From the NCBI GenBank assembly GCA_016700115.1, contig CP064999.1:1346865-1410864 (forward strand): 64,000 nucleotides of DNA. Reading direction: 5' to 3'. Every line of letters begins with the position of its first letter. The stretch's first letter is position 1. Position numbers and translations under genes: made by a program. This stretch comes from Sphingobacteriales bacterium. Its GTDB lineage: Bacteria; Bacteroidota; Bacteroidia; Chitinophagales; UBA2359. Positions 58,027 to 64,000 of the stretch are shown here, piece by piece. The notes beneath the pieces were generated by a model that saw nothing but the letters and a program-made list of their open reading frames with translations, ran no database searches and was not told where the DNA came from.

Positions 58027-58818
58027 TTATATCAATGCCTGTTCCAAAATTTCAGACAGTGCGTTTTGGGTGATGTTCATTGTCAGTTTTCCTTTTTGAG
58101 CCGCCGAAATACGTCCGGTTTGTTCAGAAATAACCACCACAAAAGCGTCAATTTTTTCGGTAATGCCCGTAGCGGCGCGATGTCTCATACCGACTCGTGT
58201 GGGCAAATCGGGATTTTCAGAAACCGGCAACACACATCCGGCGGCCAAAATTCTGTTTTCGGCAATCACCATCGCCCCATCGTGAAGGGGGCTGCCTTTG
58301 TCAAATATGCTTTCAATCAGTTTACTGCTGATTTCCCCGTTAATGGTTACCCCGGTGTCGGAAAAGAAATTTTTCTCTGAAGCATCGGTAAATACCAACA
58401 GCCCCCCTGTTTTGGTGTTCGACATATTGTTGATTGCCCGCATCACCTCTTCTTTTAGCTCTTGTTTTTGAGTTGGGGCATCACGGTTTAAAAACCATAG
58501 CCAAACTTTGTTTTTTCCGATTCCACTGCCCCGACCAAGGTAAAACAAGAACCGGCGGATTTCCTGTTGAAACAAAATGACCAACAAAATAAAACCGGCT
58601 TCGACAAACTGCCCCAAAATATTGGTCAGCATTTTCATTTCCAGCAAACCTACGATTGCCGACATCAGGTAAATCAATAAGACCCCAATCAGAATATTGA
58701 ATGCCAAAGTGCCCCTGAGCAGTTTGTACAGCCGGAAGATGAGCAAGCCCACCAACACAATGTCAATCAAATCCCAGATATGGAATTCCAAAAAACCGAT
58801 GCCCGGATTAGTTTGCAA
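58027..58818 (-). CDS. cdaA: diadenylate cyclase (c-di-AMP synthase) CdaA
   Basis: Three N-terminal TM helices plus a DAC domain with the motifs ...GSPLHDGAMVI... and RHRAATGITE. Confidence 0.8.
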   Translation of the reverse strand: MQTNPGIGFLEFHIWDLIDIVLVGLLIFRLYKLLRGTLAFNILIGVLLIYLMSAIVGLLEMKMLTNILGQFVEAGFILLVILFQQEIRRFLFYLGRGSGIGKNKVWLWFLNRDAPTQKQELKEEVMRAINNMSNTKTGGLLVFTDASEKNFFSDTGVTINGEISSKLIESIFDKGSPLHDGAMVIAENRILAAGCVLPVSENPDLPTRVGMRHRAATGITEKIDAFVVVISEQTGRISAAQKGKLTMNITQNALSEILEQALI

Positions 58819-59022
58819 GCAAAATCAACTTTAGATGAATAAATGAACCTTGATAAGGTAACAATGTTGTATAAAACACAAAGAAAAAAACCACATCATT
58901 CCTGTTCAGCTAAAAAAACAGCGCAAAACCAACTCTCTAAACAATTAGCCGCCGTTTGGCAAACCGCCGCTAAAATACTAATTTTGAGCCATCCTATTCA
59001 TTATTTTACCACATCCCGCAAT

Positions 59023-59244
59023 ATGAGTCCTCAAAAAGTAATAATTAAAGTTGATACAATGACCTGCAAGCACTGTACCAACTATGTCAGCAATAGCATA
59101 AATACGTTAAACGGAATCCTAAAAACCGAAACCGATATCCCTTCAAGTACCGCTACGGTAGAGTTTGATGCCGATATTGTCAGTAAAGAATCCATCATCA
59201 GTGCCATTAATGAAACGCATTACAAAGCGGTGGAACTGGTATGA
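59023..59244 (+). CDS. heavy-metal-associated (HMA) domain protein / metallochaperone
   Basis: MTCKHC metal-binding motif. The probable start is the internal MSPQK of the track ORF 58843..59244. The exact start coordinate is uncertain by 1-2 nt from my reading. Confidence 0.55.
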   Translation: MSPQKVIIKVDTMTCKHCTNYVSNSINTLNGILKTETDIPSSTATVEFDADIVSKESIISAINETHYKAVELV

Positions 59245-59372
59245 TTTGTCCATAGTTTTTGTCTGACTATTAAATCCCAAATCTTCTATCGGTTTTTAAG
59301 GTCGGTTTTCGCAAAATCCGGAATATACTCAAGAATAACTCCACAAGATTAGAACACTCCTACTTCTTTAAC

Positions 59373-59876
59373 ATGAAAAAAATCACCTTTAATGCGGTAT
59401 ATGTACTACACGAACAATACAGCGCATTTGATCAGGAAGAGATAACCCTGTTCAGATTAGCACAACAAGCCTGTTTTCAGGCCTATGCTCCCTACTCAAA
59501 ATTTCAGGTAGGCGCTGCCGTTTTGCTGGAGAACGGGGTGATGATTTCGGGCAATAATCAGGAAAATGCAGCCTATCCCAGCGGTTTATGCGCCGAGCGG
59601 GTGGCTTTGTTTTATGCTTCGGCAACCCATCCCGAAGTGCCGGTTAAAGCCCTTGCAGTTACGGTAAATTATTCCCATACCGATTTTGATCAGGTGGTTG
59701 CACCTTGCGGAGCCTGCCGGCAGGTAGCTGCTGAATATGAGCAAAAAACAGGGCAAAACATCAAGGTTTACCTGTTGGGTAAACACGAAAAAGTGTTGGT
59801 TATTCCTTCCGTAAAAACCCTCCTCCCCTTGTTGTTCAGCGGAGATGTGCTGAGCAAATTCGGCACATTAGAATAA
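59373..59876 (+). CDS. cdd: cytidine deaminase
   Basis: The zinc-ligand motifs CAER (CAERVALF) and PCGACRQ are present in a ~160-aa protein. Confidence 0.8.
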   Translation: MKKITFNAVYVLHEQYSAFDQEEITLFRLAQQACFQAYAPYSKFQVGAAVLLENGVMISGNNQENAAYPSGLCAERVALFYASATHPEVPVKALAVTVNYSHTDFDQVVAPCGACRQVAAEYEQKTGQNIKVYLLGKHEKVLVIPSVKTLLPLLFSGDVLSKFGTLE

Positions 59877-59927
59877 TTGCCCCCTTTACCAAAATCCAAT
59901 CAACCGGCTTTGACCGGTTTGTTTTAT

Positions 59928-61814
59928 TTAAACCTTTCCGTTTTCCACAGGCTGTACCGAAAGAATAAAACTCAAATATCTTTCTGCGGTTTTCCCGTCT
60001 ATTTTATAGGCGCGATTGGCGATAAACTGCTCCTGTTTTTCAGGATCTATTTTACGGCGCTGATGTATTACATCACCCAAAAGCGCGGTCAGCTCCCCGC
60101 CATTATGAAACCCCAAGCCCACTCCTTCTTTGATATATCCGGCAGCATCGTTGTGATGATAGTCGGCCACTAAAAGCGGTTTTTTGAAATAAACCGCTTC
60201 GGCACCTGCCGTGCTGTGATAGGTAATGACAATATCGGCCACAGCCAAAAGCAGATAAAGTTCCTGTGTGAGCAGCAACAAGGGTTGGTGTCCGGTTTGT
60301 TGGGCAATCTGATAAAAAAAGCGATGATCGGTTTCCAAAGGGTGGGGTTTGATGGCAAACTGAAAATCGGGATAATGTTGTTTGAGGAGTAAAAAATCGG
60401 TGGCAAGTGTTTGGCGCAAAGGCTGTTCAGTGCCTACCAAAGGTTGGGAAAGGTAAAGAATTAAAGGGCGGTCATCCTCTAATTGAGGATGTATCCTGCT
60501 TTTTTTTGCTGTTTGCGCAAGCGAAGCAATGGCATCGGTTCTCAATTGACCAAGGCATACGGAGTTTTCGGAATGATAGTCCGGGTTGATATTCCTGACT
60601 TGTCGAAGATATTCTTCACCCCAAAAAATGGTATGATGCGGAAGATGTTGATAGCCCCTGTCGGACGGATGATGGCATTGGTAAAAAACCGAAAGCGTGC
60701 CGTGTTGTATGCCAATAGTTGTTGCACCGTTTTTTTTTACCTCGTTCATAATGGGTTTGTTGTTAACGGCATGTTCGTTTGGTGAGCAAATCGCACTAAC
60801 CTTTGCAAGACGGGCAAACAAACGGGCTGCTCTGTGCCGGAAAACCCCCTGCAATATTAGCGGATAAGCACCCGGTAATAACCGGTACAAACATTGGTTT
60901 GCCGGACTTAAACCGAGGTGAGGTTGTATTGCTTTCAGCTTTCGATAAACCCGGTAGAGTTGAATATAGGTCAGTGGATTTAGCAATGTTAGAAAGGTAA
61001 ATACATCAAAGTTCAACGTTTTACCGCGGTATGCAGGAAAGATTAGTTTTCGGGAAAATTGGCGCAGACGTGCATTTTCTAACCTTGGCGGTTGAATTTC
61101 AGAGAGGATTAAAAAATCGGAACGGTTTTTAACGGTTTCCAACAGGTAGCTAAAATAAGTATCGGTTAGGATGGTTGAATCGGGCGAATTAATGGAAGCC
61201 ATCTCCTGAAGCAGTTCGGGGTCTGTTACCAATATGTTTTTGGGTGTTCGGGAAATCAAGAGCCTTAATTGCCAAAAACCCAAAATTGCACGAATTAAAA
61301 ACAGGATCAGGTAATGCAATATTTGCCCTGAAGAAGTCTTTTGGGTAGCAGGTTTTGCCGGTAAATGGTTTTGAACCGGTAAACCGGGAAGCAGTGAAGG
61401 CAGGGAAGTGTGAACATGAAAAACATGCAAGTTTTCGACTTGTATTTGTTCGGGTATCACCTTAAAGAGCGCATTTTTCACCCTTTCGGCTGCTACAACC
61501 ACACTTTGGTAGCGGTAAAACAACGACATGCGGAGGTAAAACCAATGTTCGGTTTGTTCAAAAGACAAATTTTCGATCAAGGTTTGCCCGTTGTTGGTGA
61601 TCGTATAAGCTAATGCAGCAACGTCCTTAAGGCATTGTTGATGGATAGCGGCAGATTGGTTAGTCAGGGCAGGAGAGAGGGAGCTTTTCAAAGGCTGAAG
61701 CCCTTCGGGGATAAAAGTTTCGTCTTCGTATATCACCCAGTCAGGTTGAAGGCTCAAACCTAAAGCTTGCCACTCATTAAGGCTGACTTTTCGCGCAAGG
61801 TAATATACGTACAT
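59928..61814 (-). CDS. hypothetical protein, possibly CDP-glycerol glycerophosphotransferase-like (TagB/TagF family)
   Basis: The C-terminal half (...FAIKPHPLE...ITYHSTAGAEAVYFKKPLL...) resembles the Glyphos_transf region. The N-terminal half is unassigned. Confidence 0.3.
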   Translation of the reverse strand: MYVYYLARKVSLNEWQALGLSLQPDWVIYEDETFIPEGLQPLKSSLSPALTNQSAAIHQQCLKDVAALAYTITNNGQTLIENLSFEQTEHWFYLRMSLFYRYQSVVVAAERVKNALFKVIPEQIQVENLHVFHVHTSLPSLLPGLPVQNHLPAKPATQKTSSGQILHYLILFLIRAILGFWQLRLLISRTPKNILVTDPELLQEMASINSPDSTILTDTYFSYLLETVKNRSDFLILSEIQPPRLENARLRQFSRKLIFPAYRGKTLNFDVFTFLTLLNPLTYIQLYRVYRKLKAIQPHLGLSPANQCLYRLLPGAYPLILQGVFRHRAARLFARLAKVSAICSPNEHAVNNKPIMNEVKKNGATTIGIQHGTLSVFYQCHHPSDRGYQHLPHHTIFWGEEYLRQVRNINPDYHSENSVCLGQLRTDAIASLAQTAKKSRIHPQLEDDRPLILYLSQPLVGTEQPLRQTLATDFLLLKQHYPDFQFAIKPHPLETDHRFFYQIAQQTGHQPLLLLTQELYLLLAVADIVITYHSTAGAEAVYFKKPLLVADYHHNDAAGYIKEGVGLGFHNGGELTALLGDVIHQRRKIDPEKQEQFIANRAYKIDGKTAERYLSFILSVQPVENGKV

Positions 61815-62076
61815 AGTTTCTTGTTTACTTCCGGCACAAAGATAGGTTGGCCTCAGTGGATTTTAACCTTACCGACACCTTTCCCATTTTTAAACTTGCA
61901 TTTGAAGGCCGGTAAGAATTGGCCATGTTATGAAATCGCAAATAAAGTGTAAAAAGAAACATGCGGCCATATAAACGACAATGCTTTTTTGTGCAGGTAT
62001 AGTTTTTCTCAAAATGTTGAAGTAGTTTTGTAAGGTGTAAAATATTTTTATTTTTTACCACAAACATTGCTTTATT

Positions 62077-64000
62077 ATGAAAAAGACACTAACTTTAATG
62101 AGTCCGACCTGCCGACGAAATTGTTTTAATTCAATCCGATTCCTCATTTTGTTATTGATTTTGCCCAATTTATTTATAAGAGCGCAAGAGAGTGGATATT
62201 GTTATACTACACCATCATTATCCAATTATTTGGAAACAATAAGTACTTCTACACCACCTGCGAGCATCCAGCAATCTGCCTATACTTTTCGTATTTATGT
62301 TCATATTATAAGAAATAACGACGGCACGGGAGGGAGGTCTGTTAAAGATGTAAAAAGCGCAGTAGAAAAGCTGAACGAAGACTTTAGCCCTCACAATATT
62401 CAATTCGATTTGTCCTGCATAGAATATCTGGATAACAACATATTTTTCAATATTCCGGAATTGTTGCCTTGCGATGAATCTAATGTTTGGATACTTGTAC
62501 TTGGACTGTATCCGATTTTCTTACAAAATACTCATACTGACGGGCTGGACATATATTTATTGCCAGAAAGCAGCAATTTTAAGGGCGGATTGGCAAATGG
62601 TGTTCCTGGGACAGCTTTTGTTGTTGGAGGAACAACTTCTATGGACAATGTTGATGTAGGCTTATCGAGTGCGCTCTCTCATGAAATGGGGCATTGTTTG
62701 GGTTTGTTTCATACTTTTCATGGCTCTATAGCTGAACCTTATGGATGTCCGGAATTAGTTAACCAACCTATTTCTTCCTTATATTGTCAACCCGATGTTG
62801 TTGAGCCAAACTGTTGTGACTGTGGAGATTATGTTTGCGACACACCGGCAGATCCATTCTTAGGGTTTAATGTAGATCTTGTAACCTGTAATTGGCTCGA
62901 GCCTGTAACTTTTTGCGATGGTAGCACAGTACCAATTCAAGATGCAGAGGGCAACTATTATAGTCCTTCAACTACAAACATAATGGCTTATTCCCCTATC
63001 TCTTGTTATGAAGGTTTTACATTAGGGCAAGAAATACGGATGAAGATGCACATTTTGTATAATCCTGACTTACAGGCAAGATTAACGAACTCCCCGCAGC
63101 AAAACCTGCTTGTTGATGATAATTGGGATATAGTTTGGAACACCCCTACGAGAGTGTTTGAAACAATTAATATTCTCGCAGGAAGCACATTAACTATACA
63201 GAACACAAACGTTGTATTTGAGGGTGATGATGCCGGCCTTCTTGTCATGCCTGGAGGGAAACTATTAGTTTCAAATTCTACTTTATCAAATGACATTTGC
63301 TTAAACACTCACTGGAAAGGCATTCAAGTCTTGGGCAACCCCGACGAACCGCACCCCGCCGAGCCATTCAACCCGCAGACTGGTACAGCACTATCGCATG
63401 GGATTGCATACCTATACAACAACACCAAAATAGAAAACGCCAGAATAGGCGTAGCAACTGCTATGTTGGACAATGAGGACAAGATAATTGCCAATACAGG
63501 CGGTATCGTATGGGCAGAGGGCAATACCTTGTTTAAAAACAACCAAGTGGGAACCCTGATTGCAAACCCGAACAATGCCCTTTTGCGCATCAGCCGCATG
63601 CAAAATTGCCGTTTTGAAACTACAGACGACTATATAGAAGGTAGTATCGGCATATACGGAAACGGACGACCGGTAGGCATAGTAAGCAGAGGCGGCAAAC
63701 TTTCTGCGGTCATAAAAAACAATGTTTTTATCAATTTACAAAGCACGATTGAAACAAAAGAACGAGGTATTGGTATATATAATGCCAGTACAGGTATGCG
63801 GATAGGAGAACCCGGTGCCGGCAATCGTTTTGAAAATCTGTATAAAGGAATTGACTATTACGCCGGACCTTCATTGATTTCTGTCATTAGCATAAATAGC
63901 AATGAATTTATACATACAAACAAAGAGGTTACTTTAAACGGAGGCATTTTTGCCCAAATAGAGAACAACCATTTTGATGTAACCCACTTTGGCAATAACA
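62077..64000 (+). CDS. large secreted metzincin-like (M43/pappalysin-type HEXXHXXGXXH) protein with beta-helix-like region; 3' end beyond window
   Basis: I translated this frame by hand from the ATG at 62077 and found no stop before the window end. It is absent from the ORF track because it has no stop. The signal-like N-terminus is MKKTLTLMSPTCRRNCFNSIRFLILLLILPNLFIRAQE. The metzincin motif is SHEMGHCLGLFHTFHG. The block WKGIQVLGNPDEP is shared with both giant T9SS proteins. Confidence 0.6.
   Translation, partial: MKKTLTLMSPTCRRNCFNSIRFLILLLILPNLFIRAQESGYCYTTPSLSNYLETISTSTPPASIQQSAYTFRIYVHIIRNNDGTGGRSVKDVKSAVEKLNEDFSPHNIQFDLSCIEYLDNNIFFNIPELLPCDESNVWILVLGLYPIFLQNTHTDGLDIYLLPESSNFKGGLANGVPGTAFVVGGTTSMDNVDVGLSSALSHEMGHCLGLFHTFHGSIAEPYGCPELVNQPISSLYCQPDVVEPNCCDCGDYVCDTPADPFLGFNVDLVTCNWLEPVTFCDGSTVPIQDAEGNYYSPSTTNIMAYSPISCYEGFTLGQEIRMKMHILYNPDLQARLTNSPQQNLLVDDNWDIVWNTPTRVFETINILAGSTLTIQNTNVVFEGDDAGLLVMPGGKLLVSNSTLSNDICLNTHWKGIQVLGNPDEPHPAEPFNPQTGTALSHGIAYLYNNTKIENARIGVATAMLDNEDKIIANTGGIVWAEGNTLFKNNQVGTLIANPNNALLRISRMQNCRFETTDDYIEGSIGIYGNGRPVGIVSRGGKLSAVIKNNVFINLQSTIETKERGIGIYNASTGMRIGEPGAGNRFENLYKGIDYYAGPSLISVISINSNEFIHTNKEVTLNGGIFAQIENNHFDVTHFGNN

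Noticed and set aside
58843-59022. N-terminal 60-codon extension of the HMA-domain ORF
   Set aside because: It is basic and low-complexity (KTQRKKPHHSCSAKKTAQ) and lies upstream of a compact ~70-aa HMA domain that has its own Met. The real start is more likely the internal MSPQK. My reading of the printed bases in 58981..59040 also differs by one register from the track translation, so I did not rely on fine coordinates here.

Overview
This 64 kb window is Bacteroidota-like. The evidence is the many T9SS C-terminal sorting domains (YPNPA..., ending in K/R), A/C-rich leaders without a Shine-Dalgarno sequence, and IS1634 and IS256 relatives. I found no rRNA, tRNA or CRISPR array.

The window falls into blocks:
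- 0.5-28 kb is an accessory island of secreted and T9SS cargo proteins. It has been reshaped by segmental duplication plus deletion. It carries two giant cargo genes with G11 homopolymer tracts at the junction between signal peptide and mature protein (one in frame, one out of frame), a tandem array of small secreted-protein paralogs, and an IS1634-family element flanked by a direct duplication of about 162 bp.
- 28-37.5 kb is mostly housekeeping: a caspase-like protein, an NfeD/flotillin pair, metG and recG.
- 37.8-44.9 kb is an AT-rich three-gene minus-strand operon. It encodes a 3-TM protein with a long coiled-coil tail, a MotB-like protein with an OmpA domain, and a 1685-aa protein with a sacsin-like GHKL ATPase and a DUF3883-like C-terminus. 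I interpret it as a candidate Zorya-like (ZorAB-type) anti-phage system with an undescribed effector. A 21-bp palindromic tandem repeat array lies just upstream.
- 45.9-64 kb holds a coiled-coil protein, a thiolase, a Fic toxin-like pair, a degraded IS256, an Rpn-like nuclease, a beta-helix protein, a START protein, R2lox, cdaA, an HMA protein, cdd and a third giant metzincin-like T9SS-family gene that runs off the window.

All calls come from reading the translations and the DNA by eye. No database searches were possible.
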